Both the position numbers and the translations under genes were made by a program. Source: the human T2T-CHM13v2.0 reference genome, Homo sapiens. From it: a stretch of DNA of 64,000 nucleotides. The notes under the pieces are model-generated. The model did no database searches. It was not told the DNA's origin and worked only from the letters and a program-made list of their open reading frames with translations. How positions within the stretch are numbered: position 1 is the stretch's first letter; each line of letters starts with the position of its first letter. The stretch lies in assembly GCF_009914755.1 (NCBI RefSeq), contig NC_060926.1; one strand, written 5' to 3'. Below, in pieces: positions 13,211 through 30,557 of this stretch.

Positions 13211-14323
13211 AAAATGATCTATTTTCTAATTATATAATTCAAAAAATTGTTTCAGGAATATTATTCTAACCAGTTTTAAAAGTAACATATCAATATATGT
13301 ATGACATTAACATTAATGGCAGTTTGTCTCTTTCAAACACAGACTATCTGGTACTTGTATCTAACAATGTATTTACAATTGTGATCATATATGGCTAGTG
13401 TTGATGCTATTAATAGGATGTTCCAAACATATATCAAGTTTTTTTTTTTTGTGGAAGTCATTATGATAGGTAATCCATATTTGTAGAAGATATAAGCCTT
13501 TACACAAAGACTTTAACATAATTACAATTCAGATTAAAATTAGCTTTATTGGGATGCCAACAATGAATATATTAAAGGGACATACAGGCATAACTCATTT
13601 TACTGCACTTTGCTGTTTGTATTTTTTTTTTAATTTCAACTTATATTTTAGGTTCATGGGATATATGTGCAAGTTTGTTATATGGGTAAACTGTGTGATG
13701 CCAAGGTTTTGAGTACAAATGACCCTGTTACCCAAGTAGTGAACATTGTACCCAATAGGTAGTATAGTTCCTCCCTTTATAGCTATATGTACCAAATGTT
13801 AGCTCCCATTTAAAAATGAGAACATATAGTATGCAGTTCTCTGATCATGCATTAATTCATTTAAGATAATGGCCTCTGGCTGCATCCATGTTGTTGAAAA
13901 TGACATGATTGCATTCTTTCTATGGCTATGTAGTATTTCTTGGTGTATTTGTACCACATGTTCTTTATCCAATCCACCATTGAAAGGCATCTAGAATAAT
14001 TTCATACCTTTGCTTTTATGAATAGTTCTGCAATGAATCTACAAATGCTTGTGTTTTCCTAGTAGAACAATGTATTTTTCTTTAGGTATATACTTGGTAA
14101 TGGGGTTGCTGGGTCAAATAGTAGTTCTATTTTAAATTCTTTGAGAAATCTCCACACTGCTTTCCACAGTGGCTGAACTAATTTACATTCCCACCAATGA
14201 TGTATAAGTGTTTTATTTCTTTGCAACCTTGTCACCATCTGTTATTTTTTGATGTTTTAGTAATAGCCATTCTGACTGGTGTGAGATGGTATCTCATTGC
14301 AGTTTTGATTTGCATTTCACTAA

Positions 14324-14738
<415 letters not shown>

Positions 14739-16655
14739 TAGATTCTGGATATTAAATATTTGCAAGGAATAGTTTGTGAATATCTTCTCCCATTCTGTAG
14801 GTTGTCTATTTACTCTGCTGATAGTTTCTTTTGCTGTGCAGAAGCTCTTTAGTTTAATTAGGTCCCACTTGTCAGTTTGGGGGGTTTTTGCAATTGTTAT
14901 TGAGGACTCAGTCACAAATCCTTTGTCAAAGCCACTGTCCAGGATGATATTTCCTAGGTTTTCTTCTAGGAATTTTATAATTTTAGGTCTTACATTTTAG
15001 TCTTATCCATCTTGAGTCAATAATTGTATTTGGTGAAAGGTAGGGGTCCAGTTCCATTCTTCTGCATATTTCTGGCTGGTTATCCCAGCACCACCTATTG
15101 AATAAGAGTTCTTACCCCATTGCTTGTTTTTGTCAACTTTGTTAAAGATTAGACTGTTGTAGATATGTGGCTTTATTCTGGGTTCTCTAACCTGTTCTAT
15201 TGGTCTATGTATATGTTTTGGTCCCAGTACCATGGTGTTTTGGTTATTGTAGCCTTGTAGTTTGAAGTCAGGTAATGATGCCATCAGCCTTGTTCTTTTT
15301 GCTTGGGATTGCTTTGGCTATTCAGGCTCTTTATTGGTCACATACGAATTTTAGAATAGATTTTTCTATTTCTGTGAGAAATGACATAGGTAGTTTGATA
15401 GGAATAGCTTTGAATCTATAAATTGCTTTGAGCAATATGGTGGTTTTCATGATATTGATTCTTCCAATCCATGAGTATGGAATGTTTTTCTATTTGTGTC
15501 ATCTATAATTTTTCTTTGAGCAGTACTTTGGAGTTCTCCTTGTAGAGAGCTTTCACCTCCTTGGTTAGATGTATTTCTTAGTGTTTTACTGTTTTTTCGC
15601 TGTTGCAAATGGGATTGTATTATTGATTTGGCTCTCAGCTTAAACATTCTTGGCATATAGAAATGCTCCTGATTTTTTAATGTTGATTTTATATTCTGAA
15701 ACTTTACTGAAATTGTGTAGCAGTTCTAGGAGAATTTTGGTGGAGTCTTTAGGGTTTTCTAGGTATAGAATCTTATCATTAGTAAAGATAGATAATTTTT
15801 TTTCTATTTAGATTCCTTTTCTTTCTTTCTCTTGACTGACTGCCCTGGCTAAGATTTCCGGTACTATATTGAGTAGGAGTGGGAGATATCTTTGATTTGT
15901 TCCAGTTCTTAAGGAGAATACCTCCAGCTTTTATTCATTCAGTATGATGTTCGCTGTGAGTTTGCCATAGATCGCTCTTATTGTTTTGCGGTATGTTCCT
16001 TTGATGCCTAGTTTGTTGAGGGTTTTTATCATGAAGGGATATTGGATTTTACTGAAAGCTTTTTCTACATCTATTGACATGATCATATGGTTTTTGTTCT
16101 CAATTATCTTTACATCCTGAATCACATTTATGGATTTACATGTGTTGAATCAATTCTGCATCCCAGGAATAAAACCTACTTGAATGTGGTGAAATAACTT
16201 TTTCATGTGCTTCTGGATTTGGTTTGCTAGTATTTTGTTGATGATTTTTGCTTCAATGGGGATATTGACCCTTAATTTTGTTGTTGTTGTTGTTGTTGTT
16301 GTTATTTCTTTGGCAGATTTTGGTATCGAGTGTTACTGGCTTCCTAGAATGAGTCGGGGAGGAGTCACCCCCTCCTTAATTTTTTGGGATAGTTTCAGCA
16401 GTGTTGGTACCAGCTCTTCTTTGTAAGTCTGATAGAATTTGGCTATGAATTCATCTGGCACAGGACTTTTTTTGGTTGGTAAGATTTTATGACTGATTCA
16501 AGTTGAAACTCTATTGGAATGTTCAGGGTCTTAGTTTCTACCTGGTTTAGTCTTGGGAGGTTGTATCTTTCCAGGAATTTATCTATTTCCTTCAGATTGT
16601 CTAGTTTTCATGGATAAAGTGTTCATAAGAGTCTCTAAGGATCTTTTGTATTTCT

Positions 16656-17297
<642 letters not shown>

Positions 17298-19099
17298 GGA
17301 TCTTTTGTATTTCTGCAGGATTAGTTGTAATGTCATCTTTGTTGTTTCTGACTGTGCATATTTGAATCGTCTGTTTTTTTCTTTTTAATCTAGATAGTAG
17401 TCTGCTGATTTTGTTTATCCTTTTAAAGAAACAGCTTTTGGTTTCATTGATCCTTTTTATGAATATTTAGGAGTTGATTTCGTTTTCTCCTTTGATTTCA
17501 GTTATTTATTCTACTAGCATTGGGGTTAGTTTGTTCTTGCTTTTCTAGTTCCTCTTGGTGTGTTACTAAATTGGGAATTGCAGATCATTCTAACTTACTG
17601 ATGTAGGTGCTTAGCACTATAAGTTTTCCTCATAATACTGTGTTTGCTGCATCTCAGAGATTTTGGCATGTTGGTTGTGTCTCTGTTTTCATTTATTTCA
17701 AATTTTTTTTTGATATCTGCCTTAATTTTATTGTTTACCCCAAAGTCATTCAGGAGTAAGTTGCTTAATTTCTATGTAATAGTGTACTTCTGAGAGATCT
17801 TCTTGGTATTGATTTCTACTTTTATTCCACTGTGGTCTGAAAGTATGGCTGGTATGATTTCAATTTTTTGAATTTATTGAGACTTGCTTTATCTCCAAGC
17901 ATATGGTCAATCATAGAGTATGTTCTGTTCACAGACGAGAAGAATGTATAATCTGTGGTTGATGGGTGGAATGTTTTGTAGATGTCTATTAGGTCCCATT
18001 GGCTAAGTGTTGAATTGAAGTCTAAAATGTCTTTGTTAGTTTTCTGACTTGATGATCTGTCTAATGCTCTCTTTGGGGTGTTGAAATCCCTACTAGTATT
18101 GTTAACCATCTAAGTCTTTTCATAGGTCTAGAAGTACTTGTTTTATGAATCTGGGTGCTCCAGTGTTTGCTATGTATATATTTAGGATAGTTTAGTATTC
18201 TTGTTGCATTGAACATTTTATCATTATGTATTGCCCTTCTTTGACCTGTTTTATTGCTATTGGCTTAGGCAGTCTGGCCACTCCTTGGCACCATTACAGT
18301 AGCTTCTACTGGGGCTATGGCAGCTGATGCCTAGCTGCTCAGGGATCCAAGGCCTGTGCGGCTCCACTGGGCTTAAGTGGTACCCCTGCAAAGATTCCAG
18401 GCTGGTCTCTGTGTTGATTTGGAGTTCCACTGAGGTCAAGGGCTTCTCCCATGCCCAGGATTGCAAAGGTCCATGGCAGATGTTTGGATCCCCTGGGAAC
18501 TCTCACTCATCAACCCTTTCCTGACTTAGGGAACTTTCCCCAGGTCTGTACTGGTCCCAGGTGGGCAAGTCCTTGGCTTTGCTCCTCTCTTCTCTGTGAG
18601 TCCTCTTGCTTTCTTGTTGAATCCCAACATGACATCTTAGATGATCTACTTGAAGTCGTAGCATTTACTCACCACTTTGTTTTCTCTCCATGAGAGCAGC
18701 ATATACTAGCTACTTCTAGTCAGCCATCTTGAGCACCTCACCTGTTTTCCAGATTGGAAAACTGCCCATATCTGGGGAGCTCTGCATTTTTCTTTAGAGT
18801 GCTTCACAGATACTGCATTTTTTACAAATTAAAAGTTAGTGGCAACTCCAATTCCAGCAAGTCTATAGGCATCATTTTTCCAAGAACATGTGCTCACTTT
18901 GTGTTTCTGTGGCACATATTGGCAATTCTCACAATATTTCAAACTTTTTCATTATTATATCTGTAATAGTAATCTGTGATCAGTTCTCTTTGATGTTATT
19001 ATTGTCATTATCTTGGGGCAACATGAGCTATGTCCGTATAAGATGGTGAACTTTATCAATAAATGTTGTGTGTGTTCTGACTGTGCTAGAGACCAGTTG

Positions 19100-19357
19100 T
19101 GGGGATATGTGAGGGCAGCCATGTTGCCAGGCACATGTGGGGACAAGAGGAAGACAAGGGAAATCACCATGTTTGGTGGACCCAGTTTCTAATGGCCTTT
19201 ATTTGCATATTAAAGCTTGCCTGCAGGCTCTAAGAGCCGGGGCTTTCCTGTTAGACAAGAAACATTTCTGGAGCTGCTTTAAAAGAAACAAAAACTTCCC
19301 AAGGACGCCTTTTCATCTCTATCTGCCTAAAATAATTTCTTAATAACTCCTATAACA
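19100..19357 (-). mobile_element. ERV1 (MER4-group, MER83/MER84-like) LTR fragment
   Basis: Minus strand starts tgttataggagttattaagaaattattttaggcagatagag; contains the octamer atttgcat. Confidence 0.55.
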
Positions 19358-20089
19358 AAAATATACTGCAAAAGGGTCATACCTGAGAAGTCTGCTTGTT
19401 GAGTTGTGGTAATTTTTGCATAAATATTCTAGAAATATATTGTATGAGGTGGGAAGTGGTGGTAGTGAGCAGATCGTGAGACATCAGCTTAAGTATTCAT
19501 TAACTACTTCAGGAAACTGGAGATTGGAGGTCTCCAGTGGGAAGGAGATTTTCATGAACTCAGAAAAAATACTTCATAAGGGAAAGAGCTAACCAAAAAG
19601 CACCAAAGCTGGACTAAGATTTTCTTGCCTTTCTTTTTCCACTCCATTGGAGGAATAAGAAGCAGCAGCAGTGAGGAACAAGAAAATAAATTGTTAATAG
19701 ACACATTCCTTTGTTCCAAACTGCAGTTTCCTGAACTTAAGTCAAGCATGAGCTAGGGCTGGGGAGAAGATTTAAATCTGAAGTGATGTTGATATTTTGA
19801 AACTAGTTCCTAGGTTAAGCTTCATATAAACTAAAAGAGTAAGCTCATAAGGTCCACAGTGGTGGACATTTTTGATGCACTAAAATGCTCCTCAAGCAAT
19901 AAAGTGAGTTTTCAGAACCATGAGCTTTATAGCAATCATACTGTAGCCTTTTCAAAGAAAGGAGCATTCCAGAAGAATGGCTCTAACACTGTTGACTTAA
20001 GGACTAACTGGAGCAAGCCCTGCTTGTTAAAAGCTGAAAATCTTGAGCTCGTAAACAAGTTTGAAGTCAAGTGAACTTTTAAGCAGAGT

Positions 20090-20465
20090 GCTATGGGTTG
20101 AATTATGTTCCCTAAAAATTCATGTGTTGACAGCCTAACCACCTGTTCCTAATACTGTCCTTACAGAAATAATCAAGTTAAAATGAGATATTAGAGTGGG
20201 CCCTAATTCAATATGTTGTGATGTTCTTATAAAAGGGGGAAATCGGGAAACACACAGGCATACTGGGAGAAGGCCAAACACACAAGAGATGGCCATCTGT
20301 AAGCCAAGCAGAGAGGCCTAGAACATATTCTTCCATCACAGTGCTTGAAAGTAATCAACCTTGTCAACACTTGATTTTGGACTCAGAGCCTGCAAAATTG
20401 TAAGACAATAAATTTATGTTTAAGCTACCCAGAAGCTTTAGTTCTAGAAGCCCTAGTAAACTAGG
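20090..20465 (+). mobile_element. MLT1-type MaLR solo LTR
   Basis: tgctatgggttgaattatgttcc...gccctagtaaactag, typical MLT1 ends. Confidence 0.75.
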
Positions 20466-20634
20466 GGGGCTTGTTACATGAAGCAAGTATTCCCAGCTCA
20501 AGGAGGATTTACTGAATGTGGAGACTTGGCTGATAGGGGGAACTGATGAACTCTTTTAACATGCCCAATCTGTGCCAGAATTTGAAGTGTGACCCTAAGA
20601 CAAGGCTCAAAAATCTCTGCCTTCTTTTTGGAAT

Positions 20635-20795
20635 AAAGTTTTTAGGATCACTGCCACATTTATTTTTTAATTATCTATGGCTTTTTTAATCCTATCATAA
20701 CAAAAAAGAGGAATTGCAGCAGAGACTGTATGGCTTGGAAAGCCTGAAATATTTACTTTCTGGCTTTTTACAGAAAAAGTTTGCCTTGCCTTGCT
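20635..20795 (+). mobile_element. MER58-like hAT-Charlie remnant
   Basis: aaagcctgaaatatttactttctggctttttacagaaaaagtttgcc. Confidence 0.65.
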
Positions 20796-20814
20796 TAAAA
20801 CAAGGGTACTGGTT

Positions 20815-21960
<1,146 letters not shown>

Positions 21961-22781
21961 AACCAAGAGGAATCTTCTGGCACACATGTGTAAACAATAT
22001 ATACATATATTTTATTGGTCAGGCTTAAAAGATGCCAATGAAAAACAATATCTATAAAAGGGATCAGGTTGAAATAGATGGTATGTCTTTAAAAAGTCTT
22101 TAAAGGTTTAATTAAGTAGTCTGAAGTAAAGACCAACATAGTACTTAATGATTCCAGTGAAATATAAACAAGAAGCTTAGTCTTTTTTTCCCTAAGATAT
22201 AAGAGAAAACTCAGTAGTTTACAAATGTGATTGTAAACTTGTGACTTTCTGGACTACGTCTTAAGCACATGGATTGGTTTGTTTGCAGTGGGTTAACTGT
22301 AGGATAAAAATCATCAAAGTTTGATTTATATGAATAAGAAGTAGATGTAGAAAACAATCTTTGCCTATACATGTGTTAGTACTATGTGTACGTGTGTATG
22401 GATATAGAATGAAAAAAACCACATAAATCCAGTACATCTACTTAAGTTATGTAAATAATTATTTGCATTTTTTAAAAAAATTGCCATGTCTACAACACAA
22501 ATTAGTACCGTGTTAGTACTTGACTAAATTCTGGTAATCTTCTTATACAATTAGATAGGCTGATGTATTTCCTAATTAAAAACATTTGTTTTTAACTCTT
22601 TTCTAATGCTTTGGCAATTCATGATTGGAAGTAGTTGCTAATTTAGATTTCCTCATGGAGCACAGTAAATATGAGAGATCCTCATAATAGCCTCTATAGG
22701 TTTAAATTATATTTTAAATGTAAATGCAAAAGTTAATTATTTTTTAGAGGACCTGATGTCATCCTTGGGAGTAATTTTTAA

Positions 22782-23015
<234 letters not shown>

Positions 23016-23118
23016 TAAGTATTATTTTAAAAGCTACTACTCTACATCTCATACAAAAATTTACAAAATCACATTAGGTTGTCTAATATTTGGAAAGATG
23101 TGTAATAGAATCCTAGTA

Positions 23119-23465
23119 CAGTCATCCCTTGGCATCTGTGGAGGATTAGTTCCAGGGCCTCCCTATCATTCCAAAATCCACAATGGTCAAGTCCCTTATA
23201 TACAAATGGCATCATATTTCCAAAGAACCTAGGCCTATGCCATATACTTTAAATAATCTCTAGATTACTTATAATACCTAACACAGTATAAATGTCATGT
23301 AAATAGCTGTTATACTGTATTGTTTAGGGAATAGTGACGAGAAAAAAAGTCTGTACATGTTTAGTATATATGCAGCCATCCATTTTTTTCCCCAAATATT
23401 TTTGATCCGCAGTTGGTTGAATCCATAGAGAGGGAATCCATGGATACAGAGAAACTTTAGCTGCT
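23119..23465 (+). mobile_element. MER2-like TcMar-Tigger element
   Basis: ta|cagtcatcccttggcatctgtgg...ccatggatacagag inverted ends. Confidence 0.7.
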
Positions 23466-23936
23466 CAGTAGTCTCATTTGATTGATGAAATAACTGAGGA
23501 TCAGAATAAGGTGACATAGCAAGCTAGTGGCAGAATCAGGACTAAAAACTTTTACAATATTTAAACGTTTAAGTTCCTCTCATGTGTTGACATCTCTAAA
23601 CCACATGTAATCATTTTATTTTATTTCTTTAGTAACTAACAGAGGAGTTAATATTCTGAAGCTTAATTTCTTCATGATTAGGCTAAATTATCAACACTTA
23701 CTTTTATGATAACCAGAAATATTTTCTAATTATTTGAAACTGAAAAATCAATATGAAGATGAGCCAAACTTGACAGTTAGGAAAACGTTTCAGAAAGATG
23801 AAACCAAACCAAATAGAATTTCAGAGGAAAAACATTTGGCTGTCATAGAAACTCAGAATACATTCTTTACCTTTCTTCATTCTTCATGCTACTGGTTTTC
23901 AAATTGGGAACAATATCCATTCTTTAAAGTTTAGTA

Positions 23937-24365
23937 GGCCAGTCACAATGGCTCATGCCTGTAATTGCAGCACTTTGGGAGGCAGAGGTGGGCAGATCAC
24001 TTGAGGCCAAGAGTTTGAGACCAGCCTGGCCAACGTGGCGAAACCTCACCTCTACTAAAAAAATACAAAAATTAGGCCGGGAATGGTGGCTCACGCCTGT
24101 AATCCCAGCACTTTGGGAAGCTGACATGGATGGATCTCCTAAGCTCAGGAGTTCGAGACCAGTCTGACCAACATGGTGAAACCTCGTCTCTACTAAAAAT
24201 ATAAAAATTAGCCTGGCATGGTGGCAAGTGCCTGTAATCTCAGCTATTCAGGAGGCTAAGGCAAGAGAATTGCTTGAACCCGGGAGGCAGAGGTTGCAGT
24301 GAGTGGAGATCACCACTGTACTCCATCCTGGGCGACTCTGCTTCAATAAAATAAATAAATAAATA
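23937..24365 (+). mobile_element. Alu left monomer followed by a full Alu
   Basis: Two consecutive ggcc...tgtaat starts; (aaat)n tail. Confidence 0.85.
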
Positions 24366-25711
24366 ATGTTTAGCTTACACTGTGCAAATGATTACAACTA
24401 TGGCTATTAGATAACACTGTGAAGTTCTTAATTTTAGTGATTAAGAACGTAATTTCACAACTTGATGTAAGAATGATAGTTTATATAATTTATTAATCAT
24501 GTTATAACTTTATCTGCATAACTTTTATGCATAATTTGCAAAATACATACCACCACATTTGCTCTAGCAAGTTTTAGTATTTAATGAATGGGGGTCATAG
24601 TTAATAAAAATGGTTAATATTCATTTTTGGCCTTAATGTAAGAGAGGGCAGATAATTAGATTGAATGAATTTGAACTTTATAGAGTGTCCTTGCCTCTTG
24701 GATATTCATTCAGCAAGGTTGTGAATTTTTATCCCCTAAGCATTTAAAATATATTCTGCCCTGCTATTCTATTCATATCCTTATGGTCATCCACTTAAGT
24801 AAGAAACCGGTTGATTATTTTCAAGACTTTAAAGTTGCATTTCAGGAAAGCACCTCATGCTCTTCTATTGTTTTGTCTTTTATATTTCACCTTGTGATGA
24901 TGGAAAATTTCATCATTTTAATTAAACCTTCTTACTGAGTTTTCATTAGACAGATGATTCAGAAAGGCTGTATATTTTAATGCTTCAGGCAATGTACAGT
25001 GAATTAAAGAAGACTTCTAAGCAAATGGACATCTATTCCATCCTCGCTTTGTTTATTTTAGTCTTCTTGTTTTAAGCTGTAGTGACTCAGTCAACATCAT
25101 GGACCCGCCCATAAATGTCTGTGGTGTTTGGGATGCCTGATCACCTGCCTCTTTTTCCTACCTCACCCATCGTTTTTGATCCCAAAAGTGTTTGCTCATT
25201 ATTATTTTTTACCTCCCAAATATTTAGCTTAAAATCCCACTTCTGATGTTTTCCAGCTGAAGTTCTGTTGGGAGGAAACTTTTTCTCTACCAAATGAGTA
25301 CTTAGGTCAAAGTGATTGAGGGCCTGCCAATTAATTGACAACAGACAGGTTAACAGGAGAAAAGTTTATTTCACACTCAGATACAAGAATTCTACAAGGG
25401 GTAGTTTGATGAACAGCCATGGGTAAGGGTTTATATACCAGCTTGACTAAAGGGAAGAGTTTTAGAGCTTCAGTGGGAAAATATGAAAGTTTCTATTGGG
25501 TTTTTTCATCATGATGCTAATGGGCAGTATCCTTCCTAGCTGGAAGCTCCCAAGAGGGAGATGAATGGCAGCTGAATTTGTACCTCCAGGTGCTAAGGTC
25601 CATCTACCTCTGAGGATGGGTCAGTAGCAGCTGTATTTTTAGGAGGCTTTGCTTAAGTTTAGATAAATTTCTTTCTGTGGCTGCTCTTTGTTCAGATGTG
25701 TTCAAAGTAGT

Positions 25712-26782
25712 CAGACCAGGCATAGTGGCTCATGGCTGTATTCCCAGCACTTTGGGAGGCCAATGTGGGTCACTTTAGCCCAGGAATTAAAACCAGCCTG
25801 AGCAACAAAGAGATGGATGCAGTGGCTACCATCTGTAATCCCAGCACTTTGGGAGGCTGAGGCAAGCGGACCACAAAAGCCCAGTAGTTCCAGACCAACC
25901 TGGGCAACATTGTGAGATCTCAACTCTACAAAAAAATACAAAAATTAGCTGGGCATGGTGGTGCATGCCTGTAGTCCAAGCCACTTGAGAGGCTGAGGTG
26001 AGAGGATCATTTGCACCCAGAAGGTCAAGGCTGCAGTAAGCTGTGATTGTGCCACTGTACTCCAGCCTGGGCTACAGCAAGACCATGTCTTTAAATACAT
26101 ACATACATACATACATACATACATACATGTAGTCTTCATGCCACTTCAGTGGTCTGTTGGTCTCTTCAGTTTTCATTCTCACTGTTGCCTTGTTTTTTTG
26201 TACTAAAATCAAACCCTGCATGTGTTCAGTTGCCTCTACATCCAGGGCCTCCCATTATTGTGGTAAATTTTATCTGATCACTTCTTCCTCTTTGCCTCCC
26301 TCTATGCCACTTCTGCTCTACTTCTTGGTTGATACTCAAGCCAGGTCAGTGACTCCCTTTCTTCTTGACCAATGGAAGATTATGGGAATCACTGAGTCAA
26401 AGAGGATTACACACTTATTAAATACTACAATGCACATTGAAAGTAGTTGCTTAGTTGAAAAAGATAATGTTAAAAATGTATAATCTTGACCAGGCGTGGT
26501 GGTTCAAGGCTGTAACCCCAGGACTTTGGGAGGCCAAGGCAGGCAGATCACTTGAGTTCAGGAGTTTGAGACCAGCTTGGGCAACATGGTAAAACCCTGT
26601 CTCTACAAAATATACAAAAGAAATTTAGCTGGATGTAGTGGCACATGCCTGTAGTCCCAGCTATTCGTGAGGTTGAGGTGGGAGGATCGCTTGAGCCTGG
26701 AATGTGGGGGTTTGCAGTGAGCTGAGATTGTGACACTGCACTCCAGCCTGGGCAGCAGAGTCAGACCCAGTCTCAAAAAAAA
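25712..26782 (+). mobile_element. Cluster of AluJ-type elements (~25712-26125 and 26489-26782)
   Basis: Alu consensus motifs; (taca)n and poly(A) tails. Confidence 0.8.
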
Positions 26783-27089
26783 TTATAATCTTAACAGTAA
26801 CATAAAAATTAGAGTGCTTCAACAAAGCAAGATTTTACACAGGCATATAGATGTCAAATCTCTGTCTATCCAAGTATTGTAAAGTAGGAAATGCCATTTG
26901 GCTCACGGATTCCATCTTCTCCAGTTTTATGGCCTATTGCAGACATATTGCCTACCACACCTAAGTATTGAATAAATGATTTTTTGTCATAATGCAGCCT
27001 GATTTTGTAATTCATAAGGCTACCATCTTTGATTTCTTATACTAAGGAAAAGCCAAGAATAGAGGTACAACTAGAAATATTTTAGGATC

Positions 27090-27450
27090 TGTCTTGGTTT
27101 GTTCCCGCTGCTATACAAAATACCTGAGTCTGGATAATTTATAGAGAAGAGAAATGAATATTCTTACAATTCTGGAGGCTGGGAAGTCCAAGATCAAGGT
27201 GCTGGCTGACTTAGTGTCTGGTAAGGTCTGCTCTCTGCTTCCAAGATGGTGCTTCTTGCTGTATCCTCATGTGGCAGAAGAGGCAAACACCTGCCTCCCA
27301 CCTGTTTTACAAGGGTACTAATCCCATTCATGAGGGCTCTGCCCTTATGACTGAATCACCTCCTAAAGACTCTACCTCTTAATACTGTCACATTGGCAGA
27401 TCAAATTTTAACATAAGAATTTGAAGGGGACACATTCAGATGATAGTAGA
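27090..27450 (-). mobile_element. MST-type MaLR solo LTR
   Basis: ttctggaggctgggaagtccaagatcaagg; cacctcctaaagactctacctcttaatac. Confidence 0.75.
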
Positions 27451-28460
27451 ACCAAATGATTTCTAAAACTTACACTTATTTAAGGAAAACTGTGAAAATA
27501 GTTTTCTTAGAATCTTTTACCTCTGTGTTAGTTTTAAAATTCTATTACCATTAATTTGCATTTTCATTTTCAACTCTATGGGATTTCTAAAGTAGATTAA
27601 TAACACATTGAAGAATATATTTGTTTTGCAAAATGGCAATATTTAGGCAATTCCAGTATTCTGAAATATAAAACTTTTTGGGTGATTATATTTATTTGAT
27701 ACTTAATAATTATAAGTAAAAAGGTTTTGTAACAAGAAGAAGCAACAATATGCCTGAAGCCTATGGGTCTGTTGGAATGAGTAGGCAATAGGCATGAAGT
27801 ATTTGGGAATAATAGTTTATATTAAATATTTACTAATGACCTGGATTATTTAATGAAGAATAACATTGGTTAATAATCATAATGCCACAATTCAGCTAGA
27901 ACAGAAGGATATATCAGTCCTAAAGAGCATATTGTAAGCTGGGAGATGGGTATTATGTTCCTAAAATAGAATCACAATATTTTAGGTCATTTACATTGTC
28001 AAATCTGCTACATAAAGGGTGTTCTCTCTTTTTCATAAGAGCAAAAACCTACTACAGTTTTGTCTCTACAGGGATTCTTCTAAGAACTGTGACAGTTTAG
28101 GTAAGATTATTTAAAGACAAAAATGTCCCTTTGAATTAAATATCAGGAATAAACCACAGAGTTTACTTTACATGGCAGTGTGTGTGTGCTGACAGGACAC
28201 TGATAAAACATGCCAGAGAGATGTAGATGCCTCCTTCAGACCCCTCTAGTCTCATTTAATTTAAGGATTTCTTCCATTAAAAGCAATAGTGTTTGAATAA
28301 GAGAGCACTAAGAAAATACATAGAATGGCATGTTACAAAGATTTTTCACAACATCTTTGTTTTTGTTTTTCTAATTAACATTCTTTTTTTGGAGTCAGGG
28401 TGTCACTCTGTTGCCCAGGCTGGAGTGCAGTGGCGTGATCATAGCTCAATGCAGCCTTAA

Positions 28461-28694
<234 letters not shown>

Positions 28695-30247
28695 TAATCA
28701 TCAATTGGATCATGGAAAAAAAATTATAATGTAATGAAGGCAGCCCATGAAATTGTAATTATTTACTTATGGAAGGAAGCTTTCTAAAAACAGGGCCATT
28801 TTTCACTTTGTGGGATGGTTACAGCATGGTCCTACTTTAAAGAGGATCCAGGTTTCTATTAACTTCCTAATTTTACATCCTGCAATTCTAATTTTGTGAG
28901 TAAATACTCCTAGTAGATGTCTCAGAAAACACCCACTTATAGCAATGATTTATTCTGTGGCAGTGAGTTAACTCTCTCCCATGCTCTCTTTTCCTTTCCA
29001 GCATTTGTAAAAGAAGATTACATCTATGCTGCGACTATTTTAAGTAGCTTTGTTTGAACAATATATTTTTTCTTAACTTTAATACTGATGTTTATAACGG
29101 CACTTTAATCTACATCAACTCTTTCTAATGACAGGCCACTTTACTTTGGGTTTATTTGGGTAACACTTTCTAAATACATTTCACTACCCCAGGCTAGTGG
29201 GCTAACAAAATGAAGAAGCAGACTCTGTGTGGTATTTTAAAGGGAGGGAGATGCCAAAAGCATTGCAGGAAGAAACACATCCTTAAAGATTATTACCACG
29301 GTGTCTACCAGAGTAAGGAGTAGGTGGCATAACATTCTGAGATATAAATTCTCTGAGGCAGAACATAGAATTTTACTACCTAAATGTAATAAGATGTATT
29401 GTGCTATCAGCAAAGGCCATGGAGCTCTATGTGATGAAAATAAAAAAGGATCCAAGTATCTTCCTTTAACTACCATTTAATGATAATGATTTTTGTCTTT
29501 AGCATTTATATTAGAAATCAAGAAAGAGGCAAGCTGCAGGCTATCTAATAATAATACAAATAATAATAACTAACAATTGCCCCTCTCTTCCATCCTTAGT
29601 TCTTAGCAGCCTATGTTTATTCTCAAAGAAAGTCCTCTTCCTTCATCTTAGTTTATATGGTAATAGAAATTTTAGTTTAAAAATTGTGTTCTACACCACA
29701 TGCTGATGAAGGTAGTTTTAGCATTAGATTTACATTAGGAAAGAAGACTCAGAAACAGGGTACTATGTAACCGTCTCTTTCACATGTTATCTCATTTATT
29801 TCTCATGGGAATCCTTTAAGGTCCATATTGTTACCCATTTACTTGTACAAATGTGGAAAATGAAGCCCTATAGCTTCCAATAAATGTGGTCTCATGACCA
29901 GTACTGACCTGGAGCTGGCTTATACCAGATGTCAAAAGCCAATTATTAAATACTCAGAATTTCTGTTGGTAGTATGAAATCACCCATGATGGGAGTATTT
30001 ATACCTTGGAAATCTGCAAAGGAGGAAAAACAGTGCTCTAGTCCTCTGGTCTTACCACCCCTTTTAGGGAGTACCAGCCCACCAGCACCAGTTTACTGAC
30101 ACAGATTCAACCCAGGTTGGTACTATACAAAAAGCACATTTTCATTCCTTTCTTTCAAGATGACAAACTTTTGGATTCCTAAAGAATTAAGAACTGTTAC
30201 CCAGAAAAAATGGGTTTTATTCTTTTGGTGAGTAACAAAGGTCTTTC

Positions 30248-30557
30248 TGGAGACATGGATGATGCTGGAAACATCATTCTCAGCTAACTAACACAGGAAC
30301 AGAAAACCAAGCACCGCATGTTCTCACCCATAAGTGGGAGTTGAACAATGAGAACACATGGAATCAGGGAGGGGAACATCACACACTGGGGCCTGTGGGG
30401 GGTGAGGGGCTAAGGGAGGGAGAGCATTAGGAGAAATACCTAATGTAGGTGACGGGTTGATGGGTGCAGCAAACCACCATGGCACATGTATACTTATGCA
30501 ACAAACCTGCACGTTCTGCACATGTATCCCAGAACTTAAAGTATAATAAAAAAAAAA
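30248..30557 (+). mobile_element. L1PA 3' end fragment
   Basis: gcagcaaaccaccatggcacatgtatac...aacttaaagtataataaaaaaaaaa. Confidence 0.9.
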